Of a stretch of DNA of 64,000 nt, positions 36,381 to 48,320 are shown one piece after another. The translations under genes and the position numbers were made by a program. The notes under the pieces were generated by a model. The model searched no databases and had not been told where the DNA came from. It worked only from the letters and a program-made list of their open reading frames with translations. How positions within the stretch are numbered: position 1 is the first letter of the stretch; each line of letters begins with the position of its first letter. The DNA comes from Octopus sinensis. Taxonomy: Eukaryota. The stretch covers positions 1 to 64,000 of the forward strand of contig NW_021833023.1 in NCBI RefSeq assembly GCF_006345805.1, in the 5' to 3' direction.

Positions 36381-39321
36381 CTAAGAAGAGAAAAAAAGAT
36401 ATATATGTATATATATAAATAATAAATATTAGGGAATAAATCCAAATTTACAGGGAAAAAATCAGATTTAGGATTAAATCGATTTTATAGTAAAATATTA
36501 TAAAATATTATTCGAGACAAAACCACTATTTTGCAAAACAAACAAGGAAAGACTTAATCAATACATAAATTTTAATAAATAGTCAAAAAAACCGCCACTA
36601 CAATCGTTGTCTTGATCGACAATCTTCAGGTGGACTTCCAATAATTCAGTGTCAATTATGAAGACTTCATAATTTGACACTGAATTATTGGAAGTCCACC
36701 TGAAGATTGTCGATCAAGACAACGATTGTAGTGGCGGTTTTTTTGACTATTTATTAAAATTTATGTATTGATTAAGTCTTTCCTTGTTTGTTTTGCAAAA
36801 TAGTGGTTTGTCTCGAATAATATTTTATGTATATATATATATTGGTGTGTGATGATGAGATATATATATATATTATATATATATCATCATCATCATCATC
36901 ATTTAGCATCCGTTTTCCATACTAGCATGGGTTGGACGGTTCAACTGGGGTCTGTGAAGCTGGAAGGCTTCATCAGGCCCAGTCAGATCTGGCAGTGTTT
37001 CTACGGCTGGATGCCCTTCCTAACACCAACCACTCCGTGAGTGTAGTGGGTTCTTTTTACGTGCCACCCGCACAGGTGCCAGACAGAGCTGGCAAACGGC
37101 CACGAACGGATGGTGCTTTTACGTGTCACTGGTACGGGGGCCAGGCGAGGCTGGCAACGGACACAAACGGATGGTGCTTTTATGTGCCACCAACACGAGG
37201 GCCAGACAGAGCTGGCAAATGGCCACGAAACGGATGGTGCTTTTACGTGTCACCGGCACAGGGGCCAGGCGAGGCTGGCAATGGCCACGAAACGGATGGT
37301 GCTTTTACATGCCACCGACACGGGGGCCAGACAGAGCTGGCAAACGGCCACGAACGGATGGTGCTTTTACGTGTCACCGGCACAGGGGACAGGCGAGGCT
37401 GGCAACGAACACGGACGGATGGTGCTTTTACGTGCCACCGACACGGGGGCCAGACAGAGCTGGCAAACGGCCACGAACGGATGGTGCTTTTACGTGTCAC
37501 CGGCACAGGGGCCAGGCGAGGCTGGCAACGAACACGAACGGATGGTGCTTTTACATGCCACCGACACGGGGGCCAGACAGAGCTGGCAAACGGCCACGAA
37601 CGGATGGTGCTTTTACGTGTCACCGGCACAGGGGACAGGCGAGGCTGGCAACGAACACGAACGGATGGTGCTTTTACATGCCACCGACACGGGGGCCAGA
37701 CAGAGCTGGCAAACGGCCACGAACGGATGGTGCTTTTACGTGTCACCGGCACAGGGGACAGGCGAGGCTGGCAACGAACACGAACGGATGGTGCTTTTAC
37801 GTGCCACCGACACGGGGGCCAGACAGAGCTGGCAAACAGCCACGAACGGATGGTGCTTTTACGTGTCACCGGCACAGGGGACAGGCGAGGCTGGCAACGA
37901 ACACGAACGGATGGTGCTTTTACGTGCCACCGACACGGGGGCCAGACAGAGCTGGCAACGAACACGAACGGATGGTGCTTTTACGTGCCACCGACACGGG
38001 GGCCAGACAGAGCTGGCAAATGGCCACGAAACGGATGGTGCTTTTACGTGTCACCACGTATATATATTTAATTTCATTTCTTAGGGAATTAAAAATTCTG
38101 GCATAACAGGGGTTCAAATTATTCTTAATGAGGAAATATATATTTTTATTTAGAGATAATAGGCCTTTCATCTCACCATATAAAGAATTTTAATCTAAAT
38201 ACTTACTACTTTATAACTTGGCTACACATGTTTCTTGAGGTACATTTCCCGGTTCCTTAACCACGCCGTGTTTTGCTGGAACCATTCTTAAATATAACCC
38301 CAAACATCAGACCTCTGTATCACTTTCTCATAGTTTGATACTATAAACTATATTCTAATCTTTTAAATAAATAAGATAGGTTCGCCAGACCCTACTGTAC
38401 AAGCCATAATTTAATTGAAATAAGAAATAAAAAAATAAAATAAAAAAATAAAGATGAAAATAAAAAATATGAATGAAAATAAAAATTTACAAACATTGTT
38501 CTTATGTAACTTATGTCTATAAATATAAAATTTATAATATATAGGGATAAAAAAATAAAATAAAATATATACTTGTGATGATATAAAATGAAAGGAATGG
38601 CAAAAACAATATATATTCGAATAAAAAGGGAAGCAATGACGAATAAATATTTTCAAATTAAAACTATAGTACGAATGAGGAAATGAAAAGTTTACAAATG
38701 ATACGAATGATAACAATTAAAAATTTACAATATATATATATATATAGAGAGAGAGAAATTGAGATAGGGGTTGTGAGTGCAACCCACCATGGGATAACAT
38801 ATATCCAATATACTGCCAGTAAAGCACCCAACAAAGTTATTATATATTATTATGAATATACTTATATATATATATAGGTGCATGTATATATACACTTATA
38901 TGTATGTGTATATTATATATTATGTATATGTACTCATTCTTGTATAGGTGTACCTTCTCTTATATTCTTATTTGGATTGTACTTTATAATCTCTGAAGAG
39001 GCCTTGGGATATATTTGTAAGTGTCTCATTTATAACCACATATTAACTTATCACACCTGGCTAATATGAGCATAATGAGATACTCATATCTACATGACTG
39101 AAACATCTGTAAGATATAGTTTATATTTATATTTATACTTATTTATATTTATTTATACATATTGTACTTATTGTATCATATTACTCATTGATGTGCACTG
39201 TTTTGTTCTGTACTATTATGTTGACCTTGATGTTCATATGTAGTAGGTTAATAAATTATGTGAATGGGTATTATCTGGTAGTTGATTATTGATTAAGGTG
39301 TATTCCTCCATTTTCTTATTT

Positions 39322-39355
<34 letters not shown>

Positions 39356-41941
39356 ATGTAGGGGAAAATTTTTTCGAAAAAAAAAACCCTCATCAGTGGC
39401 CAGCATATTAAAAAATACCTTTAAAGGTTAAATTTATCAACAACTTATAAATAAGGGTAAACGAAAAAATTTCTAATGCCAAATATGCCGAAGTTGGACA
39501 TATTGTCCATAACCGTATAATTTTTTCACAATACACACGCTACTCGAAAAAAGGTCGACAGAAATTTCTAAAAAATTCCATTACTACCATATTGGACCGA
39601 TTTCAGGGTTAGTTAATAAGAACCCTTCCTATGTCAGTGATTTATCCAACTTCGGCATATTTGGCATTAGAAATTTTTCGTTTGCCCTTATTTATAAGTT
39701 GTTGATATGTATATATATATGTATGTATGTATGTATGTACGTACATACGTACAGCAATCGATAACAATAACAATAGAGATTTTAGATGTCCAAACAGGGT
39801 TATTTCTCCCAATTATATACCCAGCAATGTCAACAGAAACTTCCAGAATGAGTTCCATGTCAGTTGACAGATGTGTGTCATTGAAACTCTGCAAGCATTT
39901 AATAGTTCCAAACACTTTGTTAGAAAAGATCTATTAAAAGCCTGACCCTTGCCAATATTTACCATTGAACATGTTTGGGTGGCATTTTGTGGAACCCCAC
40001 TCTTCTACTCACCCCATATCCATATTCATCATACACATCAAAATCTAATTCCAAAAGATGATAAAAGAGTTAGTGAGAGAAGATCGTTTGAGATATCTAA
40101 ATGGAGTGACCTCTGTGATGGTACCACTGCTGGTTTATCAGATTTCTATACAGTTATTAAATGTCCCTTAACCAATTTCTAGGCCGTAGCAGACATTGAA
40201 TATTTCAATGAGAGTTAACAACACTGTATTGATTATCTCAGTATATCTATAATTGACACACTCAGAATGGTGATTGCTAGGCCTGGTGTTCGCTTGTTGA
40301 TATTTCTGTCCAGTCCTGCCGACCTACCACTACACCTAGTCCTTCTTCCCCAAAACATTACCCCTCTGGAATTCTACCCCTTCTCTTATCTTTCCTGCAA
40401 TATTTTCATTTACAAAGGTTCAAGAGGAACATTAATGGATGGGGACAGACCCTTCCTCCCAATCCAAATAAAAGTGTTGGTTCCACAATAATAAAATACA
40501 CCTGGTTTACTCTAGAGCAGAAGATGTTAGGAAGGGGACCTGGCAGTAGAAACGATGCCAAACATGGAATGTGTGGGCAACATGGCATCCTCTCTGTGTG
40601 AGAAAGGATTCTAAACAGCAATCAATGTGGAGAGTGACTGCCCAGCTCAAGACAATAGGAAGGGCGGGTAGATGATGATGATGATGTTGATTATAATATA
40701 CTTACCATTTTTACCACAATAGCTACGGTTGAATCCTGATTTATTTATTCCATCAACAGATCTTTCAGCAGTACCATGCCAAAGGCCATCAACTTCATTT
40801 GTAATGTTTGGATTTTCTACCTCAAACTTTCTTTTCAATGCTTGGTATCCATGGTATAATGTTTTATTTTGAATTCTCTCAATCTGTAGAAAGGAAAATT
40901 CACTTCTTTGACAAGGAAATAACGTTTGTGGTGAAAAACCCCGACCCTATCTGCTTTTATTTTCTTTTTTATTTGATACCAATTTTGATTCAACTGTAAA
41001 TTTTGGTAAGGCACAATAGTTTAGCTGCAAAATGGTGTTGCATGTACAATTCAATGCAAGAAGTTAAAGCAGAGGTATTTTTGTTGAGCAAAGATTTCTT
41101 GTGAATATCCAAAAACACTTAGAACAATCCCAAATAAGTTCATACATCTTCATCATCATCGTTTAATATCCACCTTCTATGCTGGCATGGGTGGGATGGT
41201 TTGACAGGATCTGGCCAGCCAGAGGCCTGCACCAGACTTCTGTGTCTGTTTTGGCAGGCTTTATACAGCTGGATGCCCTTCCAAATGCCAACCACTTTAC
41301 AGTGTGGAGTGGATGCTTTTTAAATGGCACCAGCACAGACAGGGTCACCAAGTAACTTGCAAGACAAGGATCTTTTGAGAGGGGAGGGGGCATTGGAGGA
41401 GGGGATCTTGTGTCAGATGTTGAAACCTTTCATATAACCTTTCATAGTGAGAAAGAAATAGGGGTCTTGTTGTAAGGAGGTACAAGGTTACCTGGCTGAT
41501 GCGGGGACAGATATAGATAGATCAGGAACGAGGCTAGAAACAACCGTGCTGTCGCAAAGGACATACAATGAAATTTAAATTTTTTATACAAACAAAATGT
41601 CTCTTAAAATTTTCTTAACAGCATGCCATCCAATATTGTTTATAAATAAAAGTAAAAATACTAACTTTGATTATACGACAGGAAGGCAACTTCCGACGGA
41701 AAGTGGCTTGGATGTCATCATATTCTGGTCCATTTGTTACTGGAACGATTTTAATTAATTCCTTGTCTCCCATTGGTGACCATGTATCAGGGGTCACTTC
41801 TAGAGTTCAAACAGAAATCAAATATTTCAGAATTAAAATAAAATTATGAACCCTTTTTCTGTTGAAAGTTTAGAAAAGAAAACAAGAATATTTTGATTAA
41901 TAGACAAGAAATACTGAAACACAGCACTGTAGTTTTGTAGT

Positions 41942-41972
<31 letters not shown>

Positions 41973-44900
41973 GCAGCAGCAGTAGTAGTAGTGGTGGTAG
42001 TAGTAGTAGCAGCAGCAGCAGCAAATGATGGCTGTCCACTTGTGACCGAGGAAGACCATTGCTGACCTTCAGTAACATTGTGTGCTCTAGGACTAACGTA
42101 TATTTTGCATTTGCAGCCCCAGTGGTGGCTAATGAGCCCTGCTCTTGACAAGCATACACGACTGCAAACATTGCAAACCTAGCTTTACCCATTCACTTCA
42201 CCAGCTATGCGCTTTTGAGCAGCACACTCAAGTTCTTCATGCAGAACACGTGCTCTCTCAAAGGTGTTGACCCCATATCCTTAACCTGCTTTGTCCTTCT
42301 GTGGCAATGACAGGTATTGCTCTCCTAGTCAGTCTCCTGCATATCACAGGTCTTTAATGAGGGCTTGACACAGTCCTTAAATTGCAGCTTTTGTTTCTGC
42401 CAGGGTTTCTTTCCATCCACAAGTTCTCCCCCCCCCCCCATATAGCATCTGTTTAGGGATCCTGCTATCCTTCATTCTAATAAGGAGTCCAGTCCAACGT
42501 AACCGGTGCTTGTGCACCATCACCTCAATACTCAAGATATCAGCTGTCCTTAGGACCTGTATGTCTGGAGTTTTTAAGGTCCTGCCAACATTCAGAACGT
42601 CTCTTAGACATCTCTGATGGAAGCATTCAAGGACTTTTACATGACGTTTGTAAAGGGTCCATGTCTCACATAAGTAAAGGAGTGATGTCAGTACACATGC
42701 ACGGTACACAGCAATTTTTGTTTACCTTGTGATGCCATGCTGGGACCAGACACGAGGCTGAAGAGACCGAAGGAATCAGTTGCTCTCTGCAGCCTGGAAG
42801 ATATTTCCTCATCCAGGGAGCAAGAACGGCTGGGTATGCTGCCTAGGTAGACAAACTTGTCTACCACATTCAGTATTGTTCCTTCAACCAAGATAGCTGA
42901 TACCACATATAGGTTTCCTGGTGCAGGCTGGAACATTACAAAAGTCTTGTCCAGGCTAATGCTGAGTCCACATGCCTTGCAAGAAGCAGAAATACGATTC
43001 ATGAGTATTTGCATGTCATCCACTGTATGAGTGAGTAAGTGACAGTAATCTGCATAAAGGAGGTCATGATTAAGAGACCGGAAAAGTTCTGAATTGGCAG
43101 AAAATCTTGTGTCTGGACATTCTTTCTTTGCTCTGTATTGTTGTCTCACTCTTATAACAGACACAAACATTTGTTGCACGCACTGTTGTTAGTAGTTAAA
43201 ACAGACACACAGACATTGTTAGTAGTTAAAACAGACACACAGACACTCTTGTCACACACGCTGAGACAAACACTCTGCTAGCACTCACACACACTCTTAT
43301 TGTACACTTCTGTAAACAAAAGTCTTTCTTTTCTCAAACAGTAGAACGGTTGTGTTTTTCTCCTTATTCTTTACTGGCACTCTTCATTCCTTCATTCCAT
43401 TTATTTTGACTTATTCTTTTGTGGGACAACCATGCGGCTTTTAAAAGGAGACATTTCTGTCACCATCTCCTTTACATAGGGTCGTTCACTACAAACTCAT
43501 AAAGCAAAATAAGCCGAATATGCTCATTTGTCACTTTCATTACAGCTTCGAAAAAATAATTGTTAAAATTGAACTGCACTCCTCAAAATTTGCACTAAGA
43601 ATAAGGGCATGATAAAATTACTACCTGCCTTTATAGCAAGTTGATGCAGGTAGTTCATCTCGACTCTATCTGATTTTAGTTTAGGCAATTGAGAAAACCA
43701 TATTATTTATGGGATGACCCAATATATATATATATATCATCATTGTCGTCATCCTTTAACGTCCATTTTCATTGCTGGCATGGGTCAGACGATTTGTCTG
43801 ATGGGTGGAAAGTCAGAAGGCTGCACCAGGCTCCAATTATATCTGACAGAGTTTCTGCAGCTGGATGCCCTTCCTAACACCAACCACTACACGAGTGTAG
43901 TGGGTGCTTTTTACATTCCAGTGGCACAAGTGCCAATTAGGCGGTACTTGAGTGGTGCTTTTTATGTGCCACTAGCAGAGGAACCAGTCAAGTGGCACTA
44001 GCATTGACCATACTCAAATGGTGCTTTTTACATGCCACCAGCATGGGTGTCAGTCAGGCGGTACTGGCATTGGCCACAACAATGATTTCATTTAACTCAA
44101 CAGGTCTTCTCAAGCACAGTTTATTGACCGATGATTGACAGGTAATCTTAAATGGGCTGGTTATGCTACACTGGCCACGGTTATGGTCTCACCTGGCTTA
44201 CCAAGTCTTCTAAAGCACAGCATATCCCCAAAAATCTTGGTCACTTGTTATCGCCCCTGTGAGGCCAAACATTCAAAGGTCATGCTTCACCTCCTCATCT
44301 CAGGTCTTACTGGGTCTACCTTTTCCAAAGGTCCCTCTAATGCTAGGGTGTGACTCCTTTTCACACAGCTGTCCTCATCTATATGTAACCCATGACCATA
44401 CCAACACAATCATCTCTCTTGCACACCATATCTGATGCTTCTTATGTTAAACTTTTCTCTCGGGGTGCTCACACTCTGACATGTATGCACACTGACATTA
44501 CACATCCAGTGGAGCATACTAGCTTCATTTCTTGCAAGCTTACACATGTTTTCAGCAGTCACAGCCCATGTTTCACTGCCATGTAGCATAGCTGTTCACA
44601 TACATGCATCATACAGTCTACCTTTTACTCTGAGTGAGAGGCATTTTGTCACCAGCAGAGGTAGGAGCTCTCTGAATTTTGCCAGGCTATTCTTATTTTA
44701 GCAGCTACACTCTCAGAGCATCCACCCCACCCCACCACTAACTTGGTCACCTAGGTAATAGAAGCTATCAGCTACTTCTAGTTTTTCTCCCTGGCATGTG
44801 ACAGAAGCTGTTTTCTGTGCATTTGCCACACACAAAAACTATCTTCTCAGTTAGCCTTCCTTTGATATTGCTGCACCTCTTATGTGTCTAAAGCTTGCAC

Positions 44901-47343
44901 CGTGTACATCTTATGGACTTTCAACCTATACTTTTTCTACAGACCAAGCAGGGTCATCTACCTGAAGGGATTTGTGATTTGTCTGCCTTCCTACTTATTA
45001 GGACTTTGGTTTTAGCTAGGTTGACTCTAAGGCTCTTTGATTCTAGACCTTGCTTCCACATCTGAAACTCCTCCTGTTGTTCTGATAGTGACTCAGCAAT
45101 TAGTGCAAGGTCATCAGTATAGAGGAGCTCCCAGAGGCATCCTGTCTTGAATTCCTCCATTATTTCCTGGAGGACTATGATAAATAGGAGGGGGCTGAGG
45201 ACTGAACCTTGGTGGACCCCTACCTCTACCCTGAATTCTTCACTACACTCATTGCCAATCTTCACCTTAATGATAGTAGCCATGTAGATAGCTCGTACAG
45301 CTCTCACTAACCATATCTATCCTGAGTTTCCACATTGACCACCAGATAAGGGATCGGGGGACTAGCTTTAAAAGTTGAACTCCTAGCAGACTTTTCAGCT
45401 CACTCATGAAGAGGGCTCATTGGGCATGTCGTCCAAAACTAAAGGGAGCTAGATTGCATGATTATGATACATCTATAATGAGTATACGCCCTAGTAGCTT
45501 TTGATCAGAAGTTAAGGATGAATGAAAATTAATTCTAAGGTGAGGGTTGGCAACGAGTATAGTGAAGAATTCAAGATAGAAGTAGGGGTTCACCAAGGAT
45601 CAGTCTTCAGTCCCCTCATTCATTATAGTCCTCCAGACAATAACAGAGGAATTCAAGACAGGCTACCCCTGGAAGCTCCACTATGCTCATGACCTTGCTC
45701 TAATAGCCGAGAACTAGATACAAAGTTTCGGGTGTGGAAGCAAGGTCTAGAATGGAAGGGCCTCTGGGTATACCTAGCAAAAACCAAAGTCTTAGTAAGT
45801 ATGATGCATGTGTGCAAACTGTCATGCTACACAGCAGTAAAACATGGGCCATGACTGCTGAGGACGTGTAAGCTTACAAGAAATGAAGCTCGTATGCTCC
45901 ACTGGATGTGTAATGTCAGTGTGCATACACAACAGAGTGTAAACACCCTGAGAGAAAAGTTGGACCATAAGAAGCATCAAATGTGGTGGGCAAGAGAGAC
46001 GACTGTGCTGGTATGGTCATGTGTTATGTATGGATGAGGACAGCTGTGTGGGGAAGTGCCACTCCCTAACTGTGTAAGGAACCTGTGGAAGCGGTAGACC
46101 CAGGAAGACCTGAGATGTGGCAATGACGGGAAAACAAGACCTTTGGAGATATGATGTGATTGAGAAGACCCTGCAACTAAAGTGGGATCACAGCCATGGC
46201 CAATGCCAGTGTTGCATGTCTGGCCCATTTAAGAGTACCTTTGATGTGTCGGGCAATATGATATGATGAGAAATCCTGTTGAGTGAAGTAAAACCAAAAT
46301 CGTAGCTGTGGCCAGTGCCCCCTCACTCACTCCTGTTCCAGTGGTTTGTAAAATGCATCATCCAAATGTGGTCGATGCCAGGTCCACCTAACTGGCTCCT
46401 ATGCCAGTGGCATGTAAAAGGCACCCACTGCACTCTCGGAGTGGTTGGCATTAGGAAGGACATCCAGCTGTGGAAGCATGCTGGCTCTCCAAACCTGTCA
46501 AATCGTCCAACCCATGTCAGTATGGAAAACAGACGTTAAAACGATGATGATCATCATCATTATGAATCATTCTATTGTTCCAGTCCCAGCTGAATTCCAA
46601 CTGTTGGCCAATTTCTCCCAAAGTTCTTATCTCAATGTAAAATTAACAAAGTGAATGTCATCTATCTCCCCTCTGGATTTCTGACGTCAACTGACAAATG
46701 CCATCCAGGATGGTGTGAATCAGCCAAGCGTTACCTGCTAGAAATAACAACCTAAATGCTTTTAAATCAGATCCCAATGCTGGATGTTCGAGAACCAAAT
46801 AAATGACAGATTTTCAATCCTGAGATCATTCTAATTCCAAAAAGGTATATTTCTATGTTTAGCAATTGTAGACTGAAATACAGACAGACAGAATTTCACT
46901 TTTATTATAATAGATAAAAAAAAATCAACAAAAAATAAATGAGAATGTCTTTATAGTAAAAATATGCACGAACCATCTTTTAGGTTTTGTTGTCTCTTCA
47001 TTTTATATTTCCTCCCTCTGAGTTGAAAACTCATTTTCTTAATATCAAATTTTATGTTTTCCCAATCAAGGGTTTTTTTCTTCTGTGAGTATGCTTTCTC
47101 AAGCTTGGCATTTACTTTGTCTTCAAACATTTGTAGGTTTGCTGGAAAATTTTCATCAAAGTAAGACCATTGTACCATTGTTTTAAGAAGAGTTTCCTCG
47201 TCAGTTTCTTTGAATCCCATTAATAATGATTGGACAGAGAGTTTGGCATCTTTTACAAGAGAATGTCTGCCATAAATTGTAATTTTGTTACTGATAGAAA
47301 TCTGGACTTCATGTGTTCTACTAATATCCCTTAAACTCAGCTT
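36112..47343 (-). CDS. PARP14: PARP14/15-like mono-ADP-ribosyltransferase, 5'-partial; join of 47343-46974, 41799-41666, 40883-40706, 36380-36112 (951 nt, 316 aa + stop)
   Basis: Four GT-AG exons splice in frame (phases 1,0,1) with no internal stop. The product has a WWE-like segment (VQWSY...LEKAY), then IERIQN, LWHGT, GFNRSYCGKN|ATAYGEGVYFA and QAYPNYLITF. Orthology to PARP14 versus PARP15 or other relatives is not resolved. Confidence 0.9.
36500..36828. repeat. Near-perfect 329-bp palindrome in the last PARP intron
   Basis: Arms 36500-36663 and 36665-36828, 1-nt loop (atgaag-a-cttcat), only two 1-nt indels seen. Confidence 0.97.
36885..37055 (-). mobile_element. RTE-family 3' UTR/tail (CAT/GAT repeat end)
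   Basis: catcatcatttagcatccgttttccat...ctggatgcccttcctaacaccaaccac; same tail as 43735, 59005 and 61955. Confidence 0.8.
37053..38055 (+). repeat. Minisatellite of about 16 units of 61/62 bp alternating A/B (123-bp higher-order repeat)
   Basis: Shared core acgaacggatggtgcttttac; A continues gtgtcaccggcacaggg..gaggctggcaacgaac, B continues (a/g)tgccaccgacacggggg..gagctggcaaacggcc. Confidence 0.97.
39436..39706. repeat. Inverted repeat, 63/62-bp arms with about 146-bp spacer
   Basis: 39436-39498 versus 39645-39706, near-identical. Confidence 0.92.
40706..40883 (-). CDS. PARP14: PARP exon carrying the NAD-binding His (IERIQN...LWHGT...CGKN)
   Basis: Acceptor tttctacag|ATT, donor AATG|gtaag; 178 nt. 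Confidence 0.95.
41150..41420 (-). mobile_element. RTE-family 3' UTR fragment
   Basis: Same tail motif ctggatgcccttcc..accact. Confidence 0.7.
41666..41799 (-). CDS. PARP14: PARP exon: start of catalytic domain (VTPDTWSPM...CRIIK)
   Basis: Acceptor ctctag|AA, donor AAA|gttagt; 134 nt; resembles the P..W..M...V.....EY..V...F pattern that opens PARP14/15 ART domains. Confidence 0.9.
42030..43130 (-). mobile_element. RTE (BovB-like) 3' fragment with CTA/CTG microsatellite tail (41930-42025)
   Basis: LLYADYC..GLSISLDKT..VDKFVYLGS..SLLYLCETW..FHQRCLR..LRWTG..RIPKQMLYG. Confidence 0.9.
43735..45380 (-). mobile_element. RTE-family LINE 3' fragment
   Basis: VGVHQGSVLSPLLFIIVL..LLYTDDL..LRVNLAKTK plus 3' UTR. 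Confidence 0.9.
45480..46560 (+). mobile_element. RTE-family LINE 3' fragment, head-to-head with 43735-45380
   Basis: SKVRVGNEYSEEF..VGVHQGS on the plus strand, ending gacgttaaaacgatgatgat. Confidence 0.85.
46974..47343 (-). CDS. PARP14: PARP exon: KH-like tail plus WWE domain (KLSLRDIS...KRQQNLKD)
   Basis: Acceptor ttttattttcag|AAG; 370 nt open; donor GATG|gttcgt; extends ORF-track entry 46951..47220 upstream in frame. Confidence 0.88.
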
Positions 47344-47839
47344 CTGAAAATAAAATCAACAAAATATTTCAAGGAAGAGAGAGAGAGAGAGAGAACATCA
47401 CCACTGCCACTAATACCTGTTACCAAGAATCACTATAAATGTTCCTAACAATCCTAAATTGACCACCATGTAGAAATACATTTTCCACAGTGGGTTGCTC
47501 TTCATTTGTTAATTTTGTTTTTGAAGACTTAATGTGAAAAATAATTTAACGTACACACTCAACTCTGAGTAAGTCTATGTGCAAATAAATATATATACAT
47601 ATATACTAACTTGTATTCACATTTACTAATGCTACGGTGCCTCCCCCCCCCCTTCCACATCATACACATGAATCTAACTGAACAACTAGGAAGGAATTCA
47701 ATATGAATGGAGGACTCCTGCCTGTGGGAGGGTTTTTGACATCTGAAGTTACTTGTTCTAGCCTGATGTAAGGAATTCTTCTTTTCCAATAGTTTAATCT
47801 GTTGTGTGCATAGGAAATAACAATAATGATACCCAACAA

Positions 47840-48320
47840 AACAAGGGCAATCTCAGTTATTGAATCCCTCCTTATTAACAAATTGAAACCATCCATTAAC
47901 AACTGGAAGGAACTACACAAAGCACTTTGAGATTTCGCATTTGACTGGATAATATGATGTGGATGATCAGATCGGTGGTGGAGGAAAATGTGGACTTGCA
48001 AAATAACTCTGTCACTATTCTCCCTAAAGACAACTTAACTTTGGTGTCCAAAAATTCAACGCTTGTTTTTGAAAAACTGGACGTAAGTTTTCTGTTGGAC
48101 CTAAAGCCATAGCTTTTAGCATAATTCACACAAATGCAAGAAGTCACTTAAACTATCCCGTGATCCTTCTCAGACAAAAAAGCTGTCATCAATTAACTGT
48201 AACCAGAGTATTGGTTCACGACTATATAGGGATTTGAATGTGTTCATTAACTATGTCTTGAATTTTGTCATGAAGACATTTGTGAAATTAACTGCCATGG
48301 GTGCCCCCATGGTGCAGCCC
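47840..48320 (-). mobile_element. Penelope-like RT C-terminal fragment
   Basis: MGAPMA-like motif near 48300, then SVEFLDTKVKL..TELFCK..DHP. Confidence 0.75.

Noticed and set aside
37053-38055. CRISPR-like array (constant 21-bp core with about 40-bp spacers)
   Set aside because: Spacers are only two alternating types, there are no cas genes, and the context is eukaryotic.
36932-38106. Four long ORFs (240-379 aa) as a novel repeat protein
   Set aside because: They come from a GC-rich 123-bp repeat that lacks stops; overlapping frames, TE-UTR origin, no domain, and intronic location.
39720-40400. Additional PARP exon or alternative exon
   Set aside because: No open frame with compatible splice phases, and flanking exons already join seamlessly; at most a very decayed LINE endonuclease remnant.
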